Assembly: GCF_037042905.1 (NCBI RefSeq)
Contig: NC_087245.1
Coordinates: forward strand, 14,262,001 to 14,322,000
Reading direction: 5' to 3'
Length of the DNA stretch: 60,000 nucleotides
DNA from: Lytechinus pictus
Lineage: Eukaryota
Each line of letters begins with the position of its first letter. Position 1 is the stretch's first letter. The notes under the pieces were generated by a model, which was not told the origin of the DNA, did no database searches, and saw only the letters and a program-made list of their open reading frames with translations. A program made the translations under genes and the position numbers. This document shows, in pieces, positions 1-15,400 of the stretch.

Positions 1-327
1 CATTTACAGTATATCTCTCTCTCTCTCTCTTCTACTTACTGTATCTCTCTCTATGTTTCACTCTCTCTCCGTCTCTCTCTTTCTCTTTTTCTCCATTACT
101 TCTTTTTGGTTTTCTAATATTTGCCTTTTCAATATATCTATCTTTGTGTTTGCATTCATCTTGTGTATTTATATAACTGTTCTCTATCAAATCTACACTA
201 AATCTTTCCATCCTGTCCCCATTTTCTCAATCTGACTCAATTTCCTTATGTTTCTGCATTTTCCCCTTCTCTATTGTCTCTCTGTCTCTGTTTGTCTGCC
301 TGTCTCTTTCCATTTCCCTTACCCCAG

Positions 328-496
328 GTGAACCAGCTAGTGTTGGACGATGAGGACGACCCTATCAAGTTTACACTAAGAGCCAAGGCCAAAGATGGTC
401 TAGTGCTCAACTGCCAGGCAACTACCCCAGAGAGCAAGATCAACTGGGTCAAAGAGATCAGCCAAGTCGTTAATCAGCAGCAAAACCTCCTGAAAG
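328..496 (+). CDS. TRIO: Trio/Kalirin exon: C-terminal part of second PH domain
   Basis: cccag|GTG acceptor; VNQLVLDDEDDPIKFTL...WVKEISQVVNQQQNLLK; G|gtgggt donor (phase 1) joins CA to give ALQSPIAYQ. Confidence 0.88.
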
Positions 497-3400
497 GTGG
501 GTTTTTGTTTCCGCGTGACCATTGGCCCCCTCCCCTTACATTTTCCAGGGTCCTGATGATTTACCAAATTGTAAATTGTGAAGTCAAATTTGCAGTTGAC
601 TCCACATCTAAAAGTCAATAGAGAAATGCAATACCTCATAAGGGGCATGATGAATCGTCAAACAAAAGTTAGTCAAAATAAATGTTCTTACATAAATATT
701 GTGACAATGTTAGATGTTAAACTCTTTATTTACCTTTATATTCCATCAGCACTGCAATCACCAATTGCTTACCAGAAAGGACTAGAGGGAGGACAAAGTT
801 TAGGATTGGATCCTTTTGGAGCCCCAGAGGGCAAATCTCCTGGTCCATCCCCTGCACCGTCCCCTACCTCGCCAAGTGCGGACAAGTCCACCAAACTGCG
901 CAAGGCTGTATCTCAAAGCAGTGAAGCCCCAACGCAGCTCCAAAAACAACATAACCTCTTCAGCAGCCTCAAGAGCCGCAAGAACCAGACTGCTCCAGCA
1001 GCTATATCTCTTAACGAACTCAGAGAGACCAAGAACAATGCCAAGAAAAATGACGCAAAGTCTGGTACGCCCACCCATGATGAAAAAGGAGAAAAAGGGA
1101 AGGACGATAAGAAGGACAACCAGGCAGGGTCGCCATCTATCCGTAGGAAATTTTTTGATGGATTGTTTCATTCATTTCGTCCAAGCAAGTCAAGGGATAC
1201 GAGCCCGATGGGAAGCAAGGAGAGTTTGCAGAAGGGCAAAGAGCACAAAGAAGTACCCAGCACTCCTAAAGAGACTGTGGAGAAAGGAAACAAGTCAGTA
1301 CCGGTGTCAAGTCATTTGGATTTAGTGACGACTAACAATTCAACGACGGAGAACGCTTCGGCGGAAAGTCCGAAGACTAACGCAGCTAATAAGAGTCCGC
1401 TAATGCGGACGCAAAGTGCAAATATTGGAACTGCTGTTATCAGCAACGAGAAGATGTCACCAGGGTCAGTTTCAGCCGGCAATGGTAGTGGGGTCACAAT
1501 TGATAACAAAGCCAAAGGGAGTCCATTACATGTGATAAGCTCCTCCAGCCCGTCTAAAGACAGTGGCGTTTCCGTACGCTCAAAGCGTGCATCCACAGGT
1601 TCGCTACAGAAAGATAGCGAAATGAATGGAAAGGACAGTACAGAATCACCGTCCAGTCAGAAGAAAGAAGGTCAAACCTCATCTCCTGCGCGTTCGCAAA
1701 TTCCTCATGGGGTCATAAATCGAGATCAGGCAGGCTCACCCTTCAATCGATCAAGCTATACATCAGTTTCCAGTTCAGAACTTGACGATGGAACGTTTGT
1801 GAGTTTATCATTTTTTGCACGCTTGCAATGTTTACCTTTATTAATCCACCTCCAATGAATATATGAATGCATTTATTTCAAGCTATATCAAATTTCTTGC
1901 TAGTCCAAATTTGTTCCAATGATAAATATCTAAAATATATTTCAAGTGTGATATTCCAAGGATGAGCCACAAAGAATCTGTAAATTTTGTTGTCCTATTC
2001 TTTGCATCAGAAAATACTCTGAGCACTTCTCTTGATCCTTTTCTGAAAAGAAATGATTGATTTGAACAAATGTTAAAGCAAGAGTTGATTGATATCTTTG
2101 ATTTTAACAATTAAATCTTTTCATTAATGATTTCTGTGATTCATGTACTTGTAGGCTTCATGCAGGGGCCTCTGGTTGCTGGTGAATGTGATTCATGGTT
2201 CATCAGATCCTGTATTCAATGACTGGTTGGTCCATGTTCATCTTCTGACATTTATTCCAAGCTCTTTTCCCTGAAGTCAGAATGACAAGATATTGTGCTA
2301 CCGTATAACTGAGAGATGGAATAAGGAAATGTATTAATGCGTTGACATTATTTTTTCTTTCCTGATGTGTCACGTTTGAACAGAGCGATCACTGCATGGC
2401 TCCCATTGTAGAGGACTATTCAGCAGAGAAAGAGGATGAGATCTGTGTTTCCAAGGGTGAGGTTGTTCAGATCCTGGCAGCCAACCAGCACAACATGTTC
2501 CTGGTGTATCGAGCAGCGGACAAGCAATCCCCCGCAATGGAAGGATGGATACCGGGCGAGGTCCTCAACTTCTCCGGCCCCACCCAACACCAGAGCAGGG
2601 GAGGGGATTCACCCGCCCCCGGAGCCGTCGCTGCGACGTCAGCCAAGGACAGCCCCAGCAAGTAAGACCCCACAAACTACCACACCATAACCACACTATC
2701 ACTGCTACTTCAACTACTGCTGCTACTACAAATACTACCATTTTACTACTTCTACTACTTACATGCATTGACATCTGCATACTCATCAACATTATTCTTT
2801 CATTTTATTCTTTTATAATCACCCACTGGCTTGTCATGGAGATGGTCATTTATCTCGAATCCTTTTTGGAACTAACACCATATCACCAACCCTTATTACT
2901 CAGGATGATATGTGGGTTATTTTTTCATCCCCACGATCCTCAGACAAACTGCTTGATATATAAGAATCATCGCCATGCAGGAACACTGACGTTAAGTGGG
3001 ATTTGGTTGGATGCAATCATACATAGTGGGAAGACTTCAACTCTTGAAACATTTCTTGGGATTGTTTCACTGTTTGTTTCTTGTTGCATCTTTACCATTG
3101 TTTGCAGTTCAATAAAACACCTGTAGCAGTTGAGTTGGACATCACTCTAACTATTCTGACCTTGACGATAGGTAGTCTTATTTGTGTAATGGTAGATCAT
3201 CGGAACTTCTTTCATTGTGGTATATGTTTTTGGACCAAATGTAAATGCCCATTCATTTAAATCCCTGTAAAGCTACAGGGTGCAGGAGATTATTTGTTGT
3301 AAAATATGCATTTGGTGAGCTAAAGTCTTCACGGTATATTTTTATTATTTTTATTTTAACATTTTTCCATCTATTTCTTTTGTTGAATCATCTGTTTTAG

Positions 3401-6400
3401 TCATAAGGATAAAACACTCTCTAACACAGAATTGATGCCCTCCACAGATGATTTATCCTTTTCAATTTGAATTTGAATATCACTAATGGTTTGGTCATCA
3501 CATGTCATATTAAATTCCATGTGCTATTTCAACTTGACAGCCCCTTTAAATTTGTGTTACTTCATGACAATCAACAGGTTTTATCACATAATGAGCATTT
3601 GTCTTGTTTCAGCATTTCATTTTTTGGGTGGCAAATACAGGAACATGCAGTATATAAAATACAAATTATATTTTAATATTTAGTTAAAAGATTTGATGCC
3701 AATTTTTCTTCAACTTGGAAGAAAGTATTTTCTGTAGCTATACATGGGTGATTTGGTAAGCAATAATACAAGGAAGCATAATGGATGTTGTATTTTGGGG
3801 GTAAGTACAGGGTTTTTTTTTCTCTTGACATTCACTATGACTTTCAACTTCATTCTTGATGAAAGCGATAGCTAGCAAGAAACATGATTTGACAACTTTA
3901 ACCTATCGTCTACTGGAGCTGGGTGACCCCTGTGCAAATGTATATGTGCATGGGGATTACAAAAGTTCAGTATTAAGGAATATCCTACATATACACCATT
4001 TTACTGCTCAAAATCATGCGTTATAATCTACCTAAGACCTGTTTGCTCTACAACATTATTCTTGGTGAGCATAACTTGTGTCTTTCTTTGCAAGGTAATG
4101 ATACTCATAAGCATGACTGATTTAAAGGGAGAATTTTTTGAAGCCTCATTGCGTGAAGATTTACATGCATCTCTCTCTCTGTTTACTTCTTCTGGTGACA
4201 AAACATTTCCCTATTGGGGAATTCTCCCTATGTAAAGGCCCGGTCCCACTGCACTTAAGGATGCAAAGAGGATGTGAGACAGAAAAGAATCTTGCCACCC
4301 ATTGGAAAACATTATGTATCCATTGTGTACTCTTCGCATACATGTTTTCATTTGCTCTATATCCATCGAGCATCCATCCACTGTGATTTCATTGTTAGCC
4401 CATTTTGTCCATTGTCTGGAGCGGATGAAAACGGATGGAGCCCCCCCCAAAAAAAAAAAATTCTTGTTATGAATATGTTTTGTGTCCGTCAGCCAGTGGG
4501 ACCAGGCCTTGAGGGAACTAAAAAAGAGATAATTAGAATATGTATTGATTATCCAAGTAATTTTTAAATAAAGGTTAGACATTTAATATCTGGTGTTTTT
4601 TCCACAATGAACCTTGAGTAAAATAACTCTGAAATGGTGAATTAACATCATATATTTTCTTCTATTTTCTTGTCAAGGCTGACCTTTGCCCTTATATTGT
4701 ATATGTAAAATACTTCGTCACAACTAGACATTATCAATAATGTTTTGTCATTTTCTTTCCCTCAATTTCTCTGCTTTTGCGTGCTTTGGATTATCATGGT
4801 ATAGTAATTGTGGTTTTGTTTACAGTTCTGAGGAGGAAATTAGGTCACTGAGTTCAAGCTCAGATCCTCATGATATTGGAACTGAGTTGCCAAATTCTCA
4901 CTCAAATCTCCAAAATATTGAAAATGAGCCATTGACTTCTTGCTCAGATCCCCTGCATGCCAGAACTGAGTCCCCAGGCTCTTACTCAAATATTCAAGAT
5001 ATTGAAATTGAGTCACTGCGTTGTTTGAATCACCAAGATACCGAAACTGAGGTGCCAAATTCTTACTTAAATTTTCAAGAAATTGAAAATGAGCCACTGA
5101 GTTTTTGCTCAGATTCCAAACATGTTAGAAATGAGTCCCCAGGTTCTTGCTCAAATCACCAAGATATTGAAAGTGAGTCATTGAGTATTAGCTCAGATTC
5201 CATACATGTTAGAATTGAGTCCCCATGTTCCTGCTCAAATCATCAAGATATTGAAATTGAGTCATTTGGTTCTTGTTCAAATCAGCATATACCAGATTTT
5301 GATACTGAGCTACTGAGCTCTTGCTCAAATCTCAAAGATATAGAACTTGAGACACTAATTTCGTGCTCAAAACTTCAAGATATCAAAATTCAGTCATCAA
5401 GTTCTTTCTCAAATCTCCAAGATATTGAAAATGAGTTAATGAGTTCTTGCGCAAATCTCCCAAACATTAAAACTGAATCGGCAAGTTCTTGCACAAATCA
5501 CCAAGACGTTGTAACCAAGTCCCAATATTCTTGTTCACATTCTCACGAGATCGCGGACTTCTTGAATAAATTCCAAACTGAGGACGTAATGTCAAAGCCT
5601 GTAGGGTCGGTCCGACTCAGCAGAGCCAAGAGAGGATCGTTGCCAAATTTTTCTGAGGTTACACCACAAGATCACGACATCCTTCATGATACATATTCTC
5701 CCCTGTCACCCTATGGCCACAGTATCAGTTTTGAAGAGTTGTTCAGTCCAGATTTCTACCAAAATTGGAATTCACGTAGTTTGGGGTTGCCTGCATTTGA
5801 CTCTCCTAGGGCTAAAAGTCAGGAGCTTCCTCGCTCTGAAGAAAATGCAAAAGAAAGACACTTTGATGAACAGGATACGAGGGATATTTGTGAAAAATTT
5901 TGTTGTGAGTCTCAAAGCAGTAAAGAAAGTGTAGAAAGACAATCATATACTGATCATGTAGATCGCCATCCAATAGAAAATTTGTACCAGAATTATATGA
6001 AAGAATATCTGTACTCCTCTTTCGATGTAGAGACATCATCTTGTGAAGACGAATTAAACACTGGCGAGAGTTGTATTGAAGAGATGGGGAAGGAAACCAC
6101 TTTCTTGCTTACTAGTGGCAACCCGAAAGAACTAGTAATGCCTGTCCAGGAACTAATTCAAACCGGTTTTGATCTAGAACCAGAGGACTCGATATCTGAA
6201 AACCAAGAATCCAAGAAAAGTTGTTTATCTAATAGACCAACAGAACCTGAAGACTCAATGTCTGAAACCCAAGAATCCAAGAAAAGTTGTTTATCTAATA
6301 AACTAACAGAACCAGAAGACTCAACATCTGAAAACCAAGAACCTAAGAAAAGTTGTTTATCTAATAAACTAACAGAACCAGAAGACTCAATGTCTGAAAC

Positions 6401-9400
6401 CCAAGAATCAAAGAAAAGTTGTTTATCTAATAAACTAACAGAACCAGAAGACTCAACATCTGAAAACCAAGAACCTAAGAAAAGTTGTTTATCTAATAAA
6501 CTAACAGAACCAGAAGAATCAATATCTGAAAACCAAGAACCTAAGAAAAGTTGTTTTATCCAATAGATTGACAGAGTCTACAAACAGTGAAGAAAGTTTT
6601 GCACTGGTATCTCACACTACCCTAAGATGGAATAAAGCAGTTTTAATTATCCAAGAACAAATTCAAACTACTTTTTCATTTCTGAGCAAGAACCAAAGGA
6701 CTTGATATTCAAGAAATAATAATCATGGAAGGGTTGTTTTATCCAATATAGTTATTGAGAAAATCATTGCATTTTGGAATGTGATACGGTAGATTGACAT
6801 TCCAAACCTGAATATTTCATGTATATCGATTTGGTGGTGAGAATTATGTTCACCTTAATGAAGATGAACAAAGATATATTCAATGTTCACCATATGATAT
6901 AACTTTTCTATGATTTTATGATTTTTTTATCATCGGTAACATACAAAATTGCTGGAAACTATGAGGGTTCATGTGATGTAATCCATCTGTATAGTACAGT
7001 TATTCATATATCCCCCTAAATAGCTTGGGCATTAAGAAAAGGCAAAACATTTGCTTTCAATAGGTATTGGGCATTTCAAAATATGTTGCCCCATTTTAAT
7101 TCACATCGTTCCATTTCGAAACATGATGTGGGACTACTCATGATGATATATTTTTGAATTCATCCTTATTGGAGATTTACTATCACCGGTTCCATTTTGT
7201 TGTCTTTTTTTTTTTGTTTTTTTTTTGTTGTTATGTTATGTAATGTTTTTGTTTCATCTATCAGAGTCAGTCAGTTATTCCATCCGGATCTGCAATATAC
7301 GAATGTAGATTATTGGTCATGTTCATGCTTATGATTTATCCCAGTTAACCATGAAATATTGATATTTCTTTTCTGGCCACCATAGATTTGTCAGAGTTAA
7401 TGGTTGGGTGGTGGTAGATCATTTGGTCACAATTTCATCCTCCATTTACATGATGTTCGGATATTCAAGTTGAGTGGAGGGATATTATTTAGAGCATCAG
7501 TTTAACCATTCAAACTATAGCATATCTCGGTCTATAGTAACTGGAGTGAAATTTTCTCCCATTTTATTACCTTTTTAACGTGTTCTTATACCTATGGAAA
7601 ACCTAGATGAACAAAACCAAAGCATTTTTTTTTCTTCATGCGTCACCTTTTCACATAAAAGGTTCCTTGGTAAATATCATAACAACATGAATGTCTACAT
7701 TGAAAAAATTTACCAACATAGTTACATAGTTCACTAAATTATCAACAAAATCGCAGCATGGGGAAATCTGAAAAAAATGACACAAGGAATGAAGATATTT
7801 CAATTTCATCAGGTGATGGATGGATCATTCAATTTGATATGCTTACAATCATCTAACTTCATATGGAAGATGAACAACTTTACATTTTCTGATGATTTCT
7901 ATACTTATACAATGAGAGTCAAAAATGAATTCTAGTAGCTGAAATAGTAATCTCATTCATCATTCAAATTCTCATATGCTCCTTGCACTCAAAGAAATAC
8001 TGATTTGATGAAAGCACTGCTGGTTAATCAGCCATTCAAAATATATATGCACTCATCTGTTTTTACTTTATTTAGGGATCCTTGTGATATTTTATAGTGT
8101 GTATAGCAGAGGAAATATACCCTTTCATTTGAATAATTCTATCTTTAAATTGATAATCTTTGATGAATATTGTTCTTGCTCAAAAAACAGTAAAGCAAAC
8201 CTTTTACAACTGTTTCCACTCATTGTGTGTTGATTGAAATGTACATGTAACTGATTAACTTTTTTTGTGGAATATGGTCTCACCAAAATTGTGAAAAGGG
8301 GCACGTGTCTAAGATGGCAAAAACGTATTAAAAACAAACCATGTATGTTGCACTCAAACAAGTAAGAACAACTTTTATGTGTGATGTATCAACATGAATA
8401 TATCTGCACTGTAGATTATCTGATTGTACATACTTTGATGTATTGGATTTAGTCTAGATATAAAATATGTATTATAGGATGTACAGACCCTCTTTATTTG
8501 ATTAGAACATTCTTTATATCCCTAGATGGGTTTTCTCTTAATCGTACTGTCGGGTGATTTTAAGAGAAGTTTAGAGAAGAAATTTGGTATGCCAGCATTG
8601 ATTTGTTCCTCACTCTGGGCCATATTTCAAGACATTTTAATCTGTACAGAATTTGAATCAAAGCACTGTCTTTATTGTTGAGTTGCTACACATTAGCACC
8701 AATGGCAAACTGTTTGGTACATGTAGGTAATCAATGAATATGTCATTGTTCTCCTCCGTTGATGGGATTTTTCTTTTCATTTTTTGTTTACCAGCTTAAT
8801 AATAACATTTCATCACACCTTGGTGTATACAAACTATTTAGGGATTATTGACTCCCTTTTACCAGTTATACAAACAATATTTGGTATACTTGGAGAATGA
8901 TTTCTGGGAGAAAAGCATTTCATTCGTTCAGTGTAAGATTCACTAACTGTTTAAGTCATTATCAAGAAGCTGTTAACCAATCAAATTTCTGGAAATTGAT
9001 TTTAATCTCACTTGTAAATGATTTTAGCTGTTAGTGATCACTCCCAGACTACCAGAATTCTTCAATTTATAATAGTTATACTTGTAGACATTGGAAGGGA
9101 TGAAGGAGCATGCTCTCTTTGTTTAAGTATTGTTCCATTAAAGATTCTTATTGTCAAAAAGGCCCAGCCTTGATGCTTGGTGCAAGAAATACACAGCTTC
9201 AAACAGAACAAAATAAATCTAATATATTCATTCTTTCACTTTTGTATATTTCACCTTCATCAAAGGTGATGTATGGTAATAGCGTTCAGACTGAAAATAT
9301 TATACTTTTTAGGTATAAGAGCTCTTGCACTATACTTTTGTTTTTTTGGTAATTTGTTTGGCAATTGTAAAAAGTTGAAATTTGCCCAGCATGAGTTACT

Positions 9401-12400
9401 CGCTATATAGTGAATGGAACTTAATCATTATATATCATATTGTAGTGCAAGAATGAGAGTACTGAGAGACTGGATTTATTTTTACACTTTATTTATATCT
9501 AGCATATACATATGATCATACTATTAGCTAAATATTTGTAAGCATGTTACATAGTGTGTGCTAATATTTCAGTCCCTTTATGCTAGTACTACATATTGAG
9601 AACTAGATAACGGAACTTTCATTGCAAAAAAAGGAAAAAAAATCTTCTTAAAGGTTTGCCGAGTTTGTTACTCAAATACGAGGTATTGTCATTTTTATTT
9701 TTCCTCTCTATCACTTTATATACATAATCTCTTGTTGACTTTCTTGTACAAAATGTTAATAAGGTACAAAGCTAGATTAAAAAGATACTGTGACAAAGTG
9801 TGTACAATAATGAAAAATACTATGTAAAAGAACATAAGTACAAAAAAATTAATGTGAATTTTAATTGATACTTCTATGGCTATCTCTCTTGTTATATTCA
9901 ATTGATTGTAACTTTTTTTTTCTCTCTTGTGTGTTCAAGATTAATTAATTATATTCTGTGAAATGGCAGAACTGTTGTGTTTTTTTTCTTCTCTTTATGA
10001 CGATACAAAAATGATGGAGACATGCAGAGTTGTAGATGAATTTAAAGTGGAGATGATGGTGACAAAGAGAAAGACATATTATGATGATTATTGTTATTAT
10101 AAGTTTGACACCAATCGTAAGATTGTGTATTCAATGTCTGGATGCAAAAAAATATAATATTATTGGAAAAATAAAGATGGAAAAAAAATGATGAGCTGAT
10201 TGGTTGTGGTTATGAAATTTGTTTGTACTTTGATTGCCATGTAAGAACAGCTCTCTCATTGTAAGAACTTGCTCTCTTAAAATAAGCAAAATCGTAAATT
10301 AACATACATGTAAGGGACATGAAATCGATGGTTGATTCATCTGCGCATGCTTCAACTCTGGAGATTTCGTTGGTCCTCCAGTTCTTTACTGCTGGTTGAT
10401 GGTGAATCTGTGTTGTGCTAAAAAAATAATAGCTTGACAAACTTTTGGTCATGTGAGTATTTCTCCTGAATATCAGAATGATTCATTTGCAAGAGGGAAA
10501 TGGCACAGATGTAGTTCTCGGCCTTTGTAGAAGCATCCGTCATCCAAGACAAAAACTTCTTGTTGCCTGCTCTACAGGGACATGGTTGAAACTATTGCCC
10601 TGGAAGGTTATTTATAAATCAGTTTGTAACATCCAGAATAAAATGGGCAGAGTATAGTCACATTATCACTATGCTGAGGAGCGTTTCATCAACATTTCTG
10701 TCCGACGTGTCACATCTGACAACTTTCCTTGATTTTGATTGGATGACAAGCACTGTTCCTACGGTAATTGCCTAGTCTAATTAGACAGGACTTGTCAGAT
10801 AAAATGTCTGACAAGTCCTTTCATTAAAGTCTCCCCTTATTGATATAAAAAGTAATTTAAAAGCAAAGGGAATACAATGAGAGAGCCAGAGAAAAAAATG
10901 CAGGGGGGGGGGTCTTGGGGCAATTTAGCCCCGGAAATGTTCAAAAGAGCAATGAAAGCTAATAAAAAGGGCCCTGGAAATCCCCATTTATTGCAATGTT
11001 AAAGCTTACCCCATGTTGCAGATTTAGTCTGTAAGTTGTGACAAGTGGCCCCAAAAAATATATATATATATATATTATTTTGCCTAGAGAGAGCTAAGAG
11101 TTCAGCTAGAGAGATTAAAAATTATCCAAATCATATATCATAAATACATTTCTGAAATGTCAAGGGGGTCAATGAAGATAAAATACATGCATATATGGAA
11201 CTAGTGAAATGCAACTTATTGACATTTTTTAGGAAAAAGGTAATTTCCGATATACTTGAGGAATAGGTCTCCATGAACCTTTTCAATATGGGGTATCAAA
11301 CCTTAATGTCTCTTTAATCAATTAGTTTGCTTATTGTGATTGCGTAGGTGTATATGTGGGGGGGGGGATGGGTGAATCAACATTGGTTATTGTGTATGGT
11401 GGGGTCGTGGTATATAGTTTGACAACAACAATAATAATAGTCAGTTCATGTATAGCGCATAACACATTATGAATAAGGTCTCTATGCGCTTCCAAAGGAC
11501 TTGGATATTGTTACCCCGGCTGTAGCTCAAGCAGCCTTTCTAGCACTCGGCATTTCAAGGAATAAATTCCTGCCAGGTACCCATTCACCTCACCTGGGTT
11601 GAGTGCAGCACAATGTGGATAAATTTCTTGCTGAAGGAAACTACGACATGGCTGGGATGTGAACCCACGACCCTCTGTTTCAAAGTCCGGAGACTAATCC
11701 ACTGGGCCACAACGCTCCACACTCCACAATCTTGGAGCAACATTTGATTCAGCATGTCTGAAGAGACAGTATTGCACCCATGAATCCAGAATCCATCAAT
11801 AAATGGACTACATGTCATCAATGCCCTGGATGCAGCATTGCATGCAACATCAAGTTTGATTCACGCAACCTCCTGCCATCTCAGCATTTGGTGAGTTGCA
11901 TGCACTACAACTCAATGTTATGGAGTCCGCTCAAGCTAGCTGCCAGAGGTCAGTCTGATGACGCATCCATTTTGTGGAGTCCTTAAGTGTTTTTATGATG
12001 CTTATTGGTGTCAAAACTTAATTGTATGTAGTGCTTGGTGTTTAGTAATAGTTTATTTACATTAATCTTTCTTAAGCACAAAGGATGAAAATAAAATTTG
12101 TGTTGTATTTGTAATGATGGCTTTGCTCTTTATGTATGTTGTAATTCTGCGTGTTGCATTCAAGCTAAGTGGAAAATATGAAATGGTTTTAAAATAAATG
12201 TTCTTATTCTTTATACTTGTGTAAAGGTTTTATATTCCCTGTCTCTCTTTTTGTGCATGATATATTTTCTGCCTTAGTCCAGACTATGGGTTTGCATGTA
12301 GAATTCATATCCCAGAGTTACGTATATTAAGTAAATTTTCGTGTCGTTCAGCCTGCATATGCATTGAGTCTTCTTTCCATGTCAGAAGAAAATAAGCATG

Positions 12401-15400
12401 AAATCAAAATATGGTTTTGGAAATTTGGTTGCATGTTTTTTTGGGGAAAAAAAAGACTTCTGTCACAGGTTCGTGTCAAATTTTACAGCACATGTCTCCA
12501 GACAAAAACTGATTTTTTTTTTGGTCGGAGGTGTATTTTACGTTTTTCCCTTCTACATCACCAATATATATATATGTATTGGAGATCTTTTGCAAATATA
12601 AGTAATTGGTATTTTTTTTACATTTTGGTATGACTTCTAGCCCCTTTTTTATATTTTTCTATGCACATTGGTAAACCTTAGATTTAAACATGGATTAATT
12701 TTTCTACCCCTGGTGAAAATATTGGCATTTCTCTATTGGTACTACTACTGTTTGTTATTCATTTCACTCATGTAAACTTGTATATTTTCTATGTCTTTCT
12801 TTACTCTGTGTGGAAACTAAAGCATCACCCCATTTCTTCTTCTTTAATCCAGCATGTATTTGTTCATACAGCGCAATTATAGGAGATACCTAATAAAGAA
12901 GGTTTATTCTCTATCAATAGCTCGCTGTCTGTGTGTAGACAATCTTACACTTCAAATCCACAAAAGCAGTCGTGTTTTATAAACCAAGTATTCCCCCAAT
13001 TTTTCTTGCGATACTGCTCCTACTCCTACTACAGACACCCTACATATCTGATTTAAAAGCTTATGTATTCTTTGCCTTTATCCTTCTATTATTTTCCTTC
13101 ATCCTTCCCCTGTTATATCCAAGCCGTCTTTTCGTCTTTCCTTGGTCATCTTTCCTCTCCTGTTTTCTTTGGTATTTTCTTTGTAGCTGCATCCTTTGCA
13201 CGCATGTCAACCAATATCTTCTCATTTGTGTTGTGCCAAGTCAGTATAGTCTAGTACTCTGTTTCGTATGAACTCTGAAAGAAACTTGTCCCTCTCCTTG
13301 ACTTTGCTCAAATCTTTTTTTCTATCGTAGTCTACTAGTTTGCATAGATAAGAGAACAATTGTCACTTATTTGGGTAACTGGAAGTATTATATTCTATAG
13401 CAAAATTACCCTTTATCTTGCTGCTTCAGATGGAGGACAGTGGATGATTTTCAAGATAGGTGTTGGTATCGGAAGCACATTTTACATTGCCTTCCCCAGC
13501 TCAATCCGAGTTCACTGAAATTATTCAATCACAATATTGATAGTTTCAATACTGTCCAAGGACCTGCCTCTTTTAAGTTTGATGCTGTGTTAATATAGCA
13601 ATTAGCCATACACCAGCACCAAATTTTCAACAACGAAATTAAAAAAATCACTGTATTATTTCACTCATTACCCCAAATTTCCAGCTGGAATCAACTGGTC
13701 CATGTTTAAAGCCTATGAGAATTCAGAGTTCAATAGTCAAGTTTTGATAAAATCGGATTCATTATTGTATGTGGTTTTCAGTAGCATGCTTGTGTAGTTG
13801 TATGAATTTTCCTTTCACATTGATTAAGGCAATCAGGATTAGAGGAAGGTATGGTTATCATTGTATTATACTTTTTGCTCTGCAGAGATTTTAAGTCTAG
13901 CCCAAGTCTTACGGATAGAAATGGGACATTTATTGTCTAATTAGATTCAGGGGCATGTACCACAAATTGTCATCTTTGATATCCCCCAGAAATGCGTGCT
14001 ATGAACTGTTTTTATTGGATATCAATAGTGACGGTCTTGTCACTCTTGTGAAACCCACCTCATATAAGCAGTATGATTTATCTCATTATTAGTAGTTATA
14101 AAATTGAATATTTCCCTTTGACCTAACATTCATACTTTTGACGTAAAATATGGTCCTTATGAATCAATTACATGCTACCCATATTTATCACAATCACACC
14201 TTTGCAGTGGATATCTTTTTTTTTTCAGAATTATTTTCAAAATAATAGCCCAGGTTCTCTTTGCACCTCTTGTGAAAGTATGCTTGTGTCTCTCTTTATT
14301 TATTGTGTATGTATCGGAAGGATACCAAGTCTTAATAGACGGACAAACCAAATGGTGTCCTCTCAATTTTCTTTTTTTTTATTCCTAATCTATTTAAGAT
14401 CCAAGTGTATTTTGTCTGCTTGAAATAGTTATTATAGGAGAGTAATTCTATAATAATTATGCTTGTTTCTAGGAAATCATGGCAGGGATCTCTTCGACTA
14501 AAAGGTAAAATGGGCAAGTCACCGGGAAGCAAGAAGGAGAGTAAGATACCCCGTCCTAGACGACGAGCATCAGGGAGGGGTCTTGAGGATGGAGAGTTAA
14601 AGAAACCAGGCTCTAAAGGTCATGGAAAGGTAAAATTATACATATGTGTTGAAGAGACATTGTATCATTGTTGATATTTTAATCGGCCAAAGTAGAATTA
14701 AAAAGGAATAATTTTGCCCCCTCTGCCCACTGCCACCCATACTTCACCTACTCCCATCCTCCAAACCCTCATCTTTTCCTCCTTCTCCTCTACTTCCTTG
14801 TCCCCTCTCCTTTATATTAAAGATAACTTTCTGATAATTAAGTGCTGTATATCAAAATGGAATGTATTTATTGTTATGCATTCTCTCCTGGGGCCCGTTG
14901 CAGAAAGAGTTGCGTTTAAACGTAAGTCAAAAAATCAATCGCAAGTCCCAAATGCGCGCTGTTGATTGGTTGAAAATCAAGTTGCGCATGATTTTTAGAT
15001 TTGCGATTGATTGCAACTCTTTCTGCTACGGACCCCTGGATTGTAAATATCTATGTTTTGACAAGATTTTCAATTTCTTTCTTATTCTCAGCCTGTAAAT
15101 GCTTCACTGTATCAACCTGGTAAGTTCATACTTTTATGTCTGTACTGAAATTTTATTGGAATATGTTAACAATATTGTTATTACAGTCATTCACAATCAA
15201 GTTACTTATATGTGTTCAATCTGTTGGCTAACAAACTTGGGTGATCCTAGTACAAAACCAATAGAAGTAAGAAAGTTCAGTTGTTAACACATTTACTGTT
15301 TCTTGTATAGTATCATGATATGATACTTGATTAGTATTTGCCAGAAATGAAGTTATATTTCTCAGGATGAATCCTACAGTAGGATGTGACTTTTTGATAC

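Noticed and set aside
800..1596. Overlapping antisense and alternative-frame ORFs
   Set aside because: Shadows of the Trio linker exon.
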